IMG/VR virus record: IMGVR_UViG_3300050821_010761
Coordinates: 40,808-104,807 of that record
Reading direction: 5' to 3' (one strand)
From: a virus
Taxonomy: Duplodnaviria; Heunggongvirae; Uroviricota; Caudoviricetes
Length of the DNA stretch: 64,000 nucleotides
Both the position numbers and the translations under genes were made by a program. The notes beneath the pieces are model-generated. The model saw only the letters and a program-made list of their open reading frames with translations. It was not told the DNA's origin and searched no databases. Positions 28,383 through 38,499 of this stretch are shown here, one piece after another. Every line of letters begins with the position of its first letter. The stretch's first letter is position 1.

Positions 28383-30242
28383 ATGGATTTTTCAATACTT
28401 CCCTATGAGGAACAACGGCAATTATCAAAATATATGTTCGAACCTTTAAATTCTGCGGAAGACGTTAAGAATTGGGCTCGTTTATTTCTAGGTTTAGAGC
28501 TTCCACTAGAAATTACCGATCCCGATAGCACTAGCACTCCTTTGGATTCAATATGGCAAGTATACAATGTATTTAAAAATAATAGTGGAGATGTCAATCC
28601 TGGTTACGTAATGATGTCTTGTCGCGAAGGAATGAAGACAGTAAGCGTAGCCATACTAGAAGTGCTTTTGGTGCTGCATTGGCAATTGGATGTGGGACAC
28701 GCAGCCTCGACTGAAGATCAAAGCTCGATTGCTCTTGGATACATAGAAGGATTTTTCATGAGCATCCAGCCGTTGCTAGATATAGCTGGTTGGGAAAACA
28801 AAACTAAAAATAAACGTCTAACAAAATTTAAAACCCCACAAGGCAAAACTCCTTTCATCAAGATCGTCATTTGTACTCCCAAGGGCATGAACAGTCTACA
28901 TTCAAATATTCTCATATTGGACGAATTGGATCTAGCGGATCCCAAAGCTATCAAAGAAGGCAAAAACATCACTGGATACAGCAAAGGAATTCACGGTATC
29001 AAGGTCTACCTTTCTACTCGCAAATATGCGTTTGGTAACATGTCCAAAGCTATCGATGAAGCTCCAGCGATGAATTATAAGATTCTTAGCTGGAACATTC
29101 TAGATGTTACAGAAAAATGTCCTCCGTCGAGGCATCTGCCCGATACTCCCAAAGAGGATATGTACGTTGGCAAAAACCTACCATTAAAACAATTGCACAA
29201 GGGAGAATATGATCTCCTGTCTGATGCAGAGAAAGTCACTTACGAGTTAGTGCCAGACGTTCCCGAGGGATGTCGTTCTTGTCTACTATTGCCAGTCTGT
29301 AAGAAACGTCTTTCTTTAAAACCCGATTCTGCTACTGGTGGATTTTATAAGCCAATCGTTTCCGTGATTCAAAAATTCAGAGAAAATGATCCAGATACGG
29401 CTGAAGCACAACTTATGTGCTGGAAGCCTGGCAGTGAAGGTCTAGTTTATCCTCGTTTCAGCACAGTTCCAGAAAAAGGAAACGTGATGACTCTTAAGGA
29501 GGCTTATGAAGCCTTGGTTGGTCCGACCAAAAAAGCATTCGTCACTGAGACAGATTTACTTTATCAACTTCAAGAAGCGAATGTTCCAATTTATGCGGGA
29601 GTTGACTGGGGATTCACGCACGACTCTGTAATTCTTGTTGTGGCTAAATTACCAAATGGTGAGATCTGGGTTATCGATTGCTTTGCTGCTCCAGGATTAG
29701 AGTTTCCAGACGTTTTGACTACTGCTATGGCTTACAGGGATAAATATGTAATTCAGAAATGGTTCTGTGATCAAGCTATGCCAAGCAGTATTAAGAGTTT
29801 TAATAAGAACGGTATGAAATCTCCAAAATTCACTAAAGACGTACTTGGTGGAATCGATAGTATCAGATCAAAGATCGTAGATTCTTCTGGCAAGCGCTTA
29901 TTAAAAATCGTCGCCACTCCAAATACCAAAAAAGTTATATCCGCCATTCAAAAACATAGATTCATGATGGACGGTCAAGGAAACCTGACTACTGAACCAG
30001 ACGACGAACGCGGGATTGCCGACATCTGCGATGCTTTTCGTTACATTGGCCAAAATCTATTTCCTGTACGTGGAAGTCAAAAACCAGAGGTTTCTTGGAG
30101 TGATGTTAAATCGGCTTCAGATCTGCCGCAAAATCCAACACCAAACGAGCAAATGAGAGAAGAAGTACAAAGAAGGGTTATGGAAGGTAGTGACCTGGTC
30201 GGTGGAACTGGGAAGCGCGGCGGCTTCCACTGGAATATCTAA
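28383..30242 (+). CDS. terL: terminase large subunit
   Basis: Variant Walker A SCREGMKT, Walker B ILDELD, nuclease GVDWG and DICDAFRY; upstream of portal. Confidence 0.9.
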   Translation: MDFSILPYEEQRQLSKYMFEPLNSAEDVKNWARLFLGLELPLEITDPDSTSTPLDSIWQVYNVFKNNSGDVNPGYVMMSCREGMKTVSVAILEVLLVLHWQLDVGHAASTEDQSSIALGYIEGFFMSIQPLLDIAGWENKTKNKRLTKFKTPQGKTPFIKIVICTPKGMNSLHSNILILDELDLADPKAIKEGKNITGYSKGIHGIKVYLSTRKYAFGNMSKAIDEAPAMNYKILSWNILDVTEKCPPSRHLPDTPKEDMYVGKNLPLKQLHKGEYDLLSDAEKVTYELVPDVPEGCRSCLLLPVCKKRLSLKPDSATGGFYKPIVSVIQKFRENDPDTAEAQLMCWKPGSEGLVYPRFSTVPEKGNVMTLKEAYEALVGPTKKAFVTETDLLYQLQEANVPIYAGVDWGFTHDSVILVVAKLPNGEIWVIDCFAAPGLEFPDVLTTAMAYRDKYVIQKWFCDQAMPSSIKSFNKNGMKSPKFTKDVLGGIDSIRSKIVDSSGKRLLKIVATPNTKKVISAIQKHRFMMDGQGNLTTEPDDERGIADICDAFRYIGQNLFPVRGSQKPEVSWSDVKSASDLPQNPTPNEQMREEVQRRVMEGSDLVGGTGKRGGFHWNI

Positions 30243-30248
30243 GTCTGG

Positions 30249-30256
30249 CAATCTTA
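30249..30256 (+). promoter_or_regulatory. candidate late promoter motif YAATCTTW
   Basis: CAATCTTA; AATCTT ends 31 nt before the ATG. Confidence 0.45.
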
Positions 30257-30286
30257 AAGGGAGCATCCTTCTAAAGAGGTCCTTTA

Positions 30287-31759
30287 ATGTCAAAACTGAT
30301 TTTATCCGTAAATTTGCAAGCTTACGATGATTCCAGACCGTCCAATGCACCGTCTAGAAGTCCAATTAAATGGTCTAGGGATCTCCAAAGTATCGTAGTA
30401 AACAATCCCAAAAGTGAAGATTATACAATTGCTCCTGGATCCACCCAGAGTCTCTTTAGTGGCATGCGTATCCTCAATCAAGATGGAACTACCGAATATT
30501 CCTTGGCTTTAGCACCTTTGTCTACTACGACTTATCAGCTTTCTTGGGCTGGTGGAACTGCTCCAAATTTTAGAACGCCACGGTCCATTGGCATCGATGC
30601 CACCACGCAAGTCACTACTTCTGTAAATGCTACCGTTGAAACTTTTACATTTACTAGTACTTTTTCCACTTATGCCTTTTTCACTGGCACCATTCCTGGA
30701 ATGTCCACTCCTGTAACTATTACAGCCACAAATATTGGGACCATAGGGAACTCCGTTGTTTTGGATGCGGATGGTACTTCTAGCATTAATACTTTGATCA
30801 CTAACTGGAATACCGCTAATCCTTCAAATACCATCGCATTAACGACTGGCGACGGTACACAGATACCCTTGGTTGGCATTGCCGCTACTTATAGCGGTAC
30901 TCCAACTGGAACCACCCTTCCGATTACCCTAACTGCAGCTAATATCGGTGCTGGTGGTAATTCTATTCTATTGACTGGTAATGGTGCTGCTGACATCGCT
31001 ACTTTAATTGCTAACTGGAATACTGCCAATCCTGGAAACCAAGTCACACAAACGGCTGGCATAAGTACCCAAGTTCCCGCTGTGGGTGCCTTAATGCAGC
31101 TTTCTGGCGGTGTAGAACCAGAAACTATTACCCTATCTGGTGGAACCAACGCACAACCCCTAAACCTCGTGACGAGTGGCGTAGTTGTTGGCGATTTTGT
31201 GACAATTGGAAGCAATTTCAATGTAGCAAATCGGGGGACTTTTCAGATCATTTCTTTGACTCCGATCAGCTTCTCTGTTATTAATGCGAACGCCGTAGTG
31301 GAAGGTCCAATTACTCTTGGGTCTGGTTATGCAACGCAAGTCCAGATGTTCAGTGCTGCTGGTGTACAAGCAGGCGACACGTTGGTAATTTCTTCAGGAT
31401 TTTCACCAGTTAGCTGGGGATCATATCAGATCACATCTGTGCAGGCTGAATCGTTACAATTTAGTTCGACTGCAGTTTTACCATCTGAAAGTTCTATAAT
31501 GACGGAAGTTGCAATTTATTCAATGGCAAAATCCTTAATTTACATGGAATCAAGTGGACCATTGGCTATAACCATTAATGGAAGCGCAACCCCAATAATC
31601 TTGCAACCGTTTCAACTGACCGATTGCTGTGTAAATGGCTTTAGCGGTCCTGGAACAAACGCGCCTGGAATGCTTTTATTGACTTCCACCGTTTATTCTT
31701 TAAGCGTAACCAATAGCGGCTCAGATCCAGTACAATTATTCTTAGCTGCCGTTGAATAA
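30287..31759 (+). CDS. virion structural protein with duplicated beta-rich modules
   Basis: Thr/Gly/Ser-rich; two copies of ITAxNIG..GNS.......I.TLI.NWNTANP; between terL and portal. Confidence 0.7.
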   Translation: MSKLILSVNLQAYDDSRPSNAPSRSPIKWSRDLQSIVVNNPKSEDYTIAPGSTQSLFSGMRILNQDGTTEYSLALAPLSTTTYQLSWAGGTAPNFRTPRSIGIDATTQVTTSVNATVETFTFTSTFSTYAFFTGTIPGMSTPVTITATNIGTIGNSVVLDADGTSSINTLITNWNTANPSNTIALTTGDGTQIPLVGIAATYSGTPTGTTLPITLTAANIGAGGNSILLTGNGAADIATLIANWNTANPGNQVTQTAGISTQVPAVGALMQLSGGVEPETITLSGGTNAQPLNLVTSGVVVGDFVTIGSNFNVANRGTFQIISLTPISFSVINANAVVEGPITLGSGYATQVQMFSAAGVQAGDTLVISSGFSPVSWGSYQITSVQAESLQFSSTAVLPSESSIMTEVAIYSMAKSLIYMESSGPLAITINGSATPIILQPFQLTDCCVNGFSGPGTNAPGMLLLTSTVYSLSVTNSGSDPVQLFLAAVE

Positions 31760-31778
31760 CAAGTGATAGTAGCATAGT

Positions 31779-33650
31779 ATGGCAGAAGACAAAACTCCAG
31801 AACAAAAAGCGCAGGAAGCAGTTTTAGCTGCCGCGTCTATCAATAATTCGATTAAGAACAAAATGGTCTTTGCTCTTGGTCCAGAAATGGATCAGGCCAT
31901 GGAGAAAGCTGGTTTCTCTAAATCAGAGGCAAAATCTGAAGCTAATGCTTTGATGTATGCCGTTAATGCTGCGGCAGGATCTGCCTATGCAAAACGTGCC
32001 CCAGCATTGGCCTTTACGGAGAACCCAGCACCATCCGATAACTTCCTTGGTCTTTATAAAACCAAGAGACGCGCACTCCCAGATGAAGTCTTAAAACAAG
32101 TAAGAATTACAGATCACCTTGTTGCTGCCATATTGAGATGTCGCGGTAACATCATGTCCTTGATGGGCGATCTTCGTCCAGATCGTTTTGGTGTTGGCGT
32201 AGAAGTAGAAATTAAACCAGAATTCTATAAAGTATTAACTCCAGAGCAATTTGATAAAGTAAGAGAAAGAATCAAACGATTCGAAAAGATTCTGCTAAAT
32301 TGCGGACATACTGATCAACTCGAACTTCAAGAAAAATTGACCTTAGGCGAGTTCATGGATATTCAAACTCGTAATGGCCTGACATTTGGAAGATTAGCGA
32401 CAGAAATTATCTATGACAGATCCGTTCCTCCAGATGAGAACGGCAACTATCCTTTCCATCGGTTTAGACCAATCGATGTGGCTACCATCGTTAGAGCTGT
32501 TAGAAAAGGCGAATATGTAGGAAACAATATACGAGCCACAGCAATTAGAGCTTTAGAGAGTATTACTGGCGAAAAGATTAATATCGATATCAATAAACTG
32601 CAGGAAGATCGTTATGCTTGGCTACAAATTATCGACGGCACTCCTAGACAAGCTTTCACTCACGATGAAATGCTTGTGTTTAACTTGTTCCCTTCTACTG
32701 ATGTGGAGCATAACGGCTATCCTATTTCTCCTCTCGATACCGTTGTTAGTTCTGTCACTACTCATATTTCAATTGACTCTTATAAGAAATTGTACTTCCA
32801 GAACGGTCGAGCGACAAAAGGCATGCTTGTCATCCAATCGGATGAAGTAGATCAACAGACTCTAGATAATTTGAAACTACAATTTAATGCTGGCATCAAT
32901 AGCGTTTCCAATAGTTTTCGAACCCCGATTTTCGGTATCGGACAAGAAGACAAAGTCACATGGCTTCCAATGGTCGGCGAAGGTCTTGGTGACGAGTTCC
33001 AATTCATGTATGATCAAATTGCAAGAAACATCTTGTCTGCATTTGGTGTGTCACCAGATGAGTTGCCTGGTTATGGTCACCTTTCCAAGGGTACCAATTC
33101 ACAGACTCTGTCTGAATCAAACAATGAATTTAAACTGACTGCTTCGCGTGATTCTGGTTTGCGTCCACTGATATTGAAGTTTCAGAATTTCTTCAACCAA
33201 CGATTATTCCCGATCATCGATCCTTTATTAGCTAAGATCTGCGTAATTAAACTTTCTGGTTTGGACGCACAGTCGAAAGAACAAGAGACGACACGTCTGC
33301 AACAAGACATGGTCGTTTCGATGACCTTTGATGAAGTTTTGCATGAAGTGGACAAAGAGCCGCTTGGCAAAGTCTTAGGTGGAAAATTTCCATTTAACGA
33401 ACGATATCAACTTCTCATCGATAAGTACAAGAATGTAAGCGATGTAATGGGTCCCCTGCTTGGCAGTCCCGCAGCAGTAGTAGATCCTTTGTTAAGGTAC
33501 AAAAGAGATCCATTTTGGCTACAATATTTGCAATTGTTAGCTCAGGTAAATCCATCAGCAGTTCAGGCATACTTTGCTCCGCGTCCATTTGCACTAGAAT
33601 TTTTGAAAATACAGATCCAAGATGAAATAGAAGGCGAAGATAACATTTAA
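31779..33650 (+). CDS. portal protein
   Basis: GYPISPLD, YFQNGRATKGML, ILSAFGVSPDEL, SGLRPLI; SPO1-like portal motifs; position after terL. Confidence 0.9.
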   Translation: MAEDKTPEQKAQEAVLAAASINNSIKNKMVFALGPEMDQAMEKAGFSKSEAKSEANALMYAVNAAAGSAYAKRAPALAFTENPAPSDNFLGLYKTKRRALPDEVLKQVRITDHLVAAILRCRGNIMSLMGDLRPDRFGVGVEVEIKPEFYKVLTPEQFDKVRERIKRFEKILLNCGHTDQLELQEKLTLGEFMDIQTRNGLTFGRLATEIIYDRSVPPDENGNYPFHRFRPIDVATIVRAVRKGEYVGNNIRATAIRALESITGEKINIDINKLQEDRYAWLQIIDGTPRQAFTHDEMLVFNLFPSTDVEHNGYPISPLDTVVSSVTTHISIDSYKKLYFQNGRATKGMLVIQSDEVDQQTLDNLKLQFNAGINSVSNSFRTPIFGIGQEDKVTWLPMVGEGLGDEFQFMYDQIARNILSAFGVSPDELPGYGHLSKGTNSQTLSESNNEFKLTASRDSGLRPLILKFQNFFNQRLFPIIDPLLAKICVIKLSGLDAQSKEQETTRLQQDMVVSMTFDEVLHEVDKEPLGKVLGGKFPFNERYQLLIDKYKNVSDVMGPLLGSPAAVVDPLLRYKRDPFWLQYLQLLAQVNPSAVQAYFAPRPFALEFLKIQIQDEIEGEDNI

Positions 33651-33659
33651 GAGGTATAT

Positions 33660-34355
33660 ATGGCAGGGGATATCAACTGGAGAGCAAAATACTTAGAAAT
33701 TAAAGCAAAATGGATGGAATCCGTTGATGTTGCTTTTCGTCTTGGTTTTGAAGAGGGCTCTAAACAAGCTTCTCAAGACAATGCTATGCAACAGCAAATG
33801 CAAGCACAAGACCAAATGAATTCCATATCTGGTGGCGCTGAAGGTGGACAATCTCCCGATCCTACTCAAGCAAATGGTGCTGCTCAACCTGGCGACGATG
33901 AAAGTGCTCCTATGCCTGGCGGTGCTACTCCAAAAGAACCTCCACAACCTGCCGTTCCCATGGAAGAATCGGAACATCCAGATGGATCTGAATTAGATCA
34001 GCATATTGCTCAATTGGAAGGCATGCTTAGTAAAGGCGAACTTGGAGACGAAGAAAGATCGGAATTAAGAAAGTCCGTTGCAGGACTGCGTTCGTTCAGA
34101 AAGAATCAAGTACAACAAATTGAACTCAAAAAATCATATGAAGCCATTTCTGGTATAGCAAAAGCTCTTCATAAGCCAGCATTCAAGATGAATGTTCAGG
34201 CTCAACATAATCTGACTGCCAATGCTAAACAAGCAGTTGGAATGCAGGAAAAAATTGTTACTGATATCATGCAAAAATGGGAACAAGAGGAAGCTATGGC
34301 TTCCAAGGGTATTTTAGCTCAGTTAGGCATTGAAGGTCTAACCAAAAAGGAGTAG
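33660..34355 (+). CDS. head-associated hypothetical protein
   Basis: 231 aa, Q/P-rich linker, several LxK(S/G) motifs. Confidence 0.7.
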   Translation: MAGDINWRAKYLEIKAKWMESVDVAFRLGFEEGSKQASQDNAMQQQMQAQDQMNSISGGAEGGQSPDPTQANGAAQPGDDESAPMPGGATPKEPPQPAVPMEESEHPDGSELDQHIAQLEGMLSKGELGDEERSELRKSVAGLRSFRKNQVQQIELKKSYEAISGIAKALHKPAFKMNVQAQHNLTANAKQAVGMQEKIVTDIMQKWEQEEAMASKGILAQLGIEGLTKKE

Positions 34356-34358
34356 TTT

Positions 34359-34709
34359 ATGACGGAAATTGAATTCTTGGTTGAACTACTTATAAACGAT
34401 GAATTGTCTGAGACCGTAAAGAATAAACTGTTAGCTCGTATCAGCGAAGTAGAAAAGAACAGAACATTTACACCAGCGCCCTACGTCGTTCCATATGTCA
34501 CGACTCCAAACATCGTTCTAAATCCTCCGCTAATTCCGTGTCAACACGAATATCCATTCCCATGGTTTGGCACAGTTCCACCAGCATGCAGGAAATGCGG
34601 GCAATCTCAATCTCCATATTATACGATAACCTGCACTAGCGCAGATCTTAATAAAGTAGAAACTGGTTTATTGGGTCAAATCTCCAATACGTCTTTGAAA
34701 CTCTCTTAG
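34359..34709 (+). CDS. hypothetical protein
   Basis: 116 aa with CQH...CRKC. Confidence 0.6.
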   Translation: MTEIEFLVELLINDELSETVKNKLLARISEVEKNRTFTPAPYVVPYVTTPNIVLNPPLIPCQHEYPFPWFGTVPPACRKCGQSQSPYYTITCTSADLNKVETGLLGQISNTSLKLS

Positions 34710-34716
34710 GATTTCC

Positions 34717-36648
34717 ATGAATGGGATCTCTTCTTCTGGCAAAGAAAGTATAGGAAACATTATCGAGCAGATGTTCGATAATATTGCTTTGCATTTCCTA
34801 GGAAATCTGCCCAGATTCAAAAACAAGAAAACGATGGTATTCAGTACGTCGCCAAATGTGGGACTTTCTCACCTGTTTGTTCAAGCTATGGAAAATAGAG
34901 TACCAAATTCCATCGAACAAGATATGCTAAGGGGTTTGTTAGATACGGCTGATGGCTACATTCAAGCAACAAAAAATCAAGCTAAATCCAATCTGATTGA
35001 CCGAATCGATGGGCTCACCAAGGAAGCTAGCATAAGAGGAGAAAAAGCCGATCCGACGGAAATTCAGGCAGCAATAAATCAAGAAATGAATAAAGCAAGA
35101 CAAAAATTACAAACCATTGTTGAATCTGAATCTACGAAACTTAGAAATATTGGTACTTTAATGAGTATAACGAGAATGGCAGCGAGTGTTGGAGATAATG
35201 ATCCAACCGTCTTCTTCGTCATCGTTAGGGATGGCGCTACTTGCAAGGAATGTTTGAGGCTTCACGTGATGCCTGATGGTATAACTCCTAGGCTTTACAA
35301 ATTTTCGGAACTTAAGCAAGGATATCATAAGCGTGGCGAAGATAAACCTTCGGCATTTGGGGAACATCCTCATTGTTTTACTGGAGACAGCATGCTTCAT
35401 ACCTCCAAAGGACTTATATCATTAAAAGAGCTTTTTCTTTCTGGAGAAAATCAAGAAGTTTGTGTAGACAATAGAATAAAAAATAGAAAAACTACGGGCA
35501 ATCAATACGGGTCTTCTATTCCTGGAGAAGTTTGGCTGAATAGGCATGCTAGTGGAGTGAATAGATTTAATGCTAGTCACGTATACGATACTGGGATTCA
35601 AGAATGCGTAAAAATTACTCTAGATAACGGATTTTCCGTTTCGGTTTCTCTTGGGCATGAAATGTGGGTGGATGATGACAAAAATGGAAATAAGATTCCC
35701 GCAAGAGATATAAAAGTAGGAGATAAAATACCTCTAATTTCAGGAGAATGTGGATTCGGATCCGATGATTTTCCAGAATTAGCAGAGTTGATGGGAAATT
35801 TGATGGGAGATGGATCTATTTGCAAATCTACTGCTCAATGGATTTTTTTTGGCAATGATATCCCATATGGAGAACATTTGTATTCGTTAGTTAAAGCCCA
35901 TCACACTAACTGGAACACCCAAAAGATGATGACTATTAGTCCTCCAAACGAAAAATACAACGTTGATAGGGCTAGTTTTAACAGTTCAATCATGAAAGAA
36001 ATATTCATAAAAGAATTTGAATTAAGCAAAAAACCAAGAAGAGTACCTAAGAGATTATGGAAGGCATCTAAAAATACAATAGCATCTTTTTTGAGAGGAT
36101 TATATGCTGCAGACGGCCATGTAGAAAAAGCACCGATGATAGTGTTAGCACAAAATGATATAGAATTCTTAAAAGAAATTCAACTATTGCTGTCTAATTT
36201 TGGTTTAATTGCATCTATAAATAAGCATGGCGATGAATGCAGTAAAAAAATTACGTACGCTAATGGTCAAACATTTGATACAAATAGAAAGCCGTGTTGG
36301 AGATTAAATTTAAGCGGATGGGATCAATGCGCCATATTTGCTAAAGAAATAGGTATGGGTGTACCTAATAAGAACGAAAGATTAAACCATCATTTGTCAT
36401 TAACTGAAGGAAAAATTAAACACGGTTCATGGAGGACTTCTAGAGTGTCGTCTATAGAAAGACTTGGTGAGCTTCAAACTTATTGTTTAACAGAACCAAT
36501 GACAAATACCATCACGGTCAATGGATTTGTTACTGGAAATTGTCGTTGCACTTTAAATTATTTATCTCCAAATTTTGGTTTCGATGAAAAGGGCAAATTA
36601 AAATATCATCAACAGGGTTTCGATTTGTATTCTAAACAACGAAGCTAG
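34717..36648 (+). CDS. MuF-like head morphogenesis protein containing an intein
   Basis: Exteins rejoin to HPH-CRCTL (MuF HPxCRC motif); upstream TCKEC pair. Confidence 0.85.
   Translation: MNGISSSGKESIGNIIEQMFDNIALHFLGNLPRFKNKKTMVFSTSPNVGLSHLFVQAMENRVPNSIEQDMLRGLLDTADGYIQATKNQAKSNLIDRIDGLTKEASIRGEKADPTEIQAAINQEMNKARQKLQTIVESESTKLRNIGTLMSITRMAASVGDNDPTVFFVIVRDGATCKECLRLHVMPDGITPRLYKFSELKQGYHKRGEDKPSAFGEHPHCFTGDSMLHTSKGLISLKELFLSGENQEVCVDNRIKNRKTTGNQYGSSIPGEVWLNRHASGVNRFNASHVYDTGIQECVKITLDNGFSVSVSLGHEMWVDDDKNGNKIPARDIKVGDKIPLISGECGFGSDDFPELAELMGNLMGDGSICKSTAQWIFFGNDIPYGEHLYSLVKAHHTNWNTQKMMTISPPNEKYNVDRASFNSSIMKEIFIKEFELSKKPRRVPKRLWKASKNTIASFLRGLYAADGHVEKAPMIVLAQNDIEFLKEIQLLLSNFGLIASINKHGDECSKKITYANGQTFDTNRKPCWRLNLSGWDQCAIFAKEIGMGVPNKNERLNHHLSLTEGKIKHGSWRTSRVSSIERLGELQTYCLTEPMTNTITVNGFVTGNCRCTLNYLSPNFGFDEKGKLKYHQQGFDLYSKQRS
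35374..36540 (+). mobile_element. intein with LAGLIDADG endonuclease (389 aa)
   Basis: N-terminus CFTGDS; block B VSLGHEM; LMGNLMGDGS and FLRGLYAADG; C-terminus TYCLTE...VTGN followed by Cys+1. Confidence 0.92.
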
Positions 36649-37194
36649 CTACTTCTTTATCACTACATTTTTTAAAAATTTCATATTCTTAAGTTTGTTA
36701 ACCTGAATTACGTAATTATCTTCTTTATAAGTTAGCATTTTGCCTCCACCTAACGGTCTCTGAGAACCAGCTGGGCAAAACTCTGATTTCTCATAAAATT
36801 CCTTCTTTGAAATGAAACCGCTTAACCAAACAACGGAATAATCTGATTTTACCCCAGCAAACAGATAAACGTGACAATTTTGATGTGGATTGTATCCGTA
36901 GACCGTACAATCGTAATACAGACGCGGTTTATTGGTCAGACGTTTGGTTTTTACGTCTATGGTTACTTGCCCAATCTTAAGGTCATTGTCGTGAGTATCT
37001 GTGGCTTCTGCTTTGGGAAGAAACTTTAGAGCTGCGAGTTCTCCGAGAATTCCTTCAACATTGCGTTCGCCTTTCATCATTGAATGTTTATTCAAAACAC
37101 CCATTTTCTCAGCTTTTTCTTCCGCGAAAGCTCGCATTTCCCTAGTTATGGGAATTTCTACTATATCTCTTTCACTTAATACGCCGAAATCCAT
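36649..37194 (-). CDS. PD-(D/E)xK nuclease-like protein
   Basis: GILGELAA...DNDLKIGQVTIDVKTK. Confidence 0.6.
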   Translation of the reverse strand: MDFGVLSERDIVEIPITREMRAFAEEKAEKMGVLNKHSMMKGERNVEGILGELAALKFLPKAEATDTHDNDLKIGQVTIDVKTKRLTNKPRLYYDCTVYGYNPHQNCHVYLFAGVKSDYSVVWLSGFISKKEFYEKSEFCPAGSQRPLGGGKMLTYKEDNYVIQVNKLKNMKFLKNVVIKK

Positions 37195-37267
37195 AAAATC
37201 TCCATTTTAGAAAGCTAGCATTTGGCACGTGGATACCAGTACTAGCAAAATGATTGATAAATTGTTA

Positions 37268-37317
37268 CCGTGCCATGCCATGCCACGCCCAGCCTCGCCA
37301 CACCCAACCAAGCCCAG
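37268..37317. repeat. 10 tandem degenerate pentamers CCNNR
   Basis: ccgtg ccatg ccatg ccacg cccag cctcg ccaca cccaa ccaag cccag; intergenic. Confidence 0.85.
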
Positions 37318-37325
37318 TTTAAAAT

Positions 37326-37547
37326 CTAATATTCATCAAATTCATCAGGTTTCTCCGCCACCATATATTCGTCTTTAACCATGCCGAGTTCCTGCATGAT
37401 TTGAAAACATGCTTTAAAAGTCTCGATAAACAAGCCACTTTCCATAGTCGGACGATCATTACCAGTTATTTCTTTGGCAAACTGTATCGCCTTTTTATGG
37501 AGGGCCGTTGGAAGAATGTAATCGGAATCAGTAGTTTTATAGGGCAT
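37326..37547 (-). CDS. hypothetical protein
   Basis: Probable start MPYKTT at 37547 within the 37326..37625 ORF. Confidence 0.6.
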   Translation of the reverse strand: MPYKTTDSDYILPTALHKKAIQFAKEITGNDRPTMESGLFIETFKACFQIMQELGMVKDEYMVAEKPDEFDEY

Positions 37548-38499
37548 TTTGCTTCTCCACAGTTTCTTGCACGAATTTGAACAAATGACCACCCAATTGC
37601 TTTCTAATACCACTGATCTCGGCATCTGTGCCTTTCACCTGATCTTCTTTTACTAAATCGGCAAAATAATCCTTCACAATTTGTGGCATTGATTTCGGAT
37701 ATTCTTTTAAGTATGCTTCGTCGCGCGAAAGAAGTTTTTCCAAGCGAATAGGTTGCAAAAGATGACCATATTTTTCTAACGCTTGATTCTGTTCTCTCGA
37801 TTTATTCTTTTGGTATTCTGGATCAGCATCCTTCCACTGAGTCTCTTCCGCATTGAACACTACTTTGTAGCGCTCACCCTTAATTTTGACAACTACGCCT
37901 TCTGGACGCATATAACCAGGAACAAGTTTGGAGCCATTAGTTTTAAGATCGTCCATACACTCCTGAACTTTACTAAGATCGAAGGCGCCTGCGTAAAGAA
38001 CTGGAACTACTACTGTGCGAGGTGGAAGTGGACGATCCGATGGATAGCGCCAATGGTCAAAAAGCACAAAAGTCTTTTCTTTTAGGCCCTCACCAGAATT
38101 GATGCCAGGTCCTGCCCATTCACCGTAGTGACGCCCATGACCAAGTTTATCGATAAACTCTTGTTTGTTGGCATAGACGAATTCAGCAAAGCCGTAATTA
38201 TCATTGCCAGGAGCAATCCAACGAGTTCGAGAACCACAAGCTAGATCCATAAATTCGTTGTAAAGAATTGTTACGGTTCCAAAATTCTGTGAACTATCAA
38301 CTACTAAATTTTTACCTGGAAATTCTTCAGCAAATTTTGCCATACGATCGTCATCTGGCGTAGAGTTCAAATGTCTCAAGTATTCACGATTCTTAAAAAT
38401 GTAAATTTGGGCGTTAGATCCGTGAATCTTTTGGGTAATGAATAATGCTGCAGTGCCCAATTTCTTGATGTCTGGGAAAGCTTCGAATTTTTGTTCCAT
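37537..38499 (-). CDS. RNA ligase (Rnl2-like nucleotidyltransferase)
   Basis: Motif I QKIHGSN, III YGEWAG, IIIa FVLFD, IV EGVVV, V YKVV; start MEQKF at a TAATG overlap. Confidence 0.8.
   Translation of the reverse strand: MEQKFEAFPDIKKLGTAALFITQKIHGSNAQIYIFKNREYLRHLNSTPDDDRMAKFAEEFPGKNLVVDSSQNFGTVTILYNEFMDLACGSRTRWIAPGNDNYGFAEFVYANKQEFIDKLGHGRHYGEWAGPGINSGEGLKEKTFVLFDHWRYPSDRPLPPRTVVVPVLYAGAFDLSKVQECMDDLKTNGSKLVPGYMRPEGVVVKIKGERYKVVFNAEETQWKDADPEYQKNKSREQNQALEKYGHLLQPIRLEKLLSRDEAYLKEYPKSMPQIVKDYFADLVKEDQVKGTDAEISGIRKQLGGHLFKFVQETVEKQNAL

Noticed and set aside
1-28660. Non-canonical Walker A motifs (RecA-like SEQKAGKS, SbcC SSGAAKT, TerL SCREGMKT) as signs of inactivation
   Set aside because: The Lys-Ser/Thr core and downstream motifs are kept; such variants are common in divergent phage ATPases
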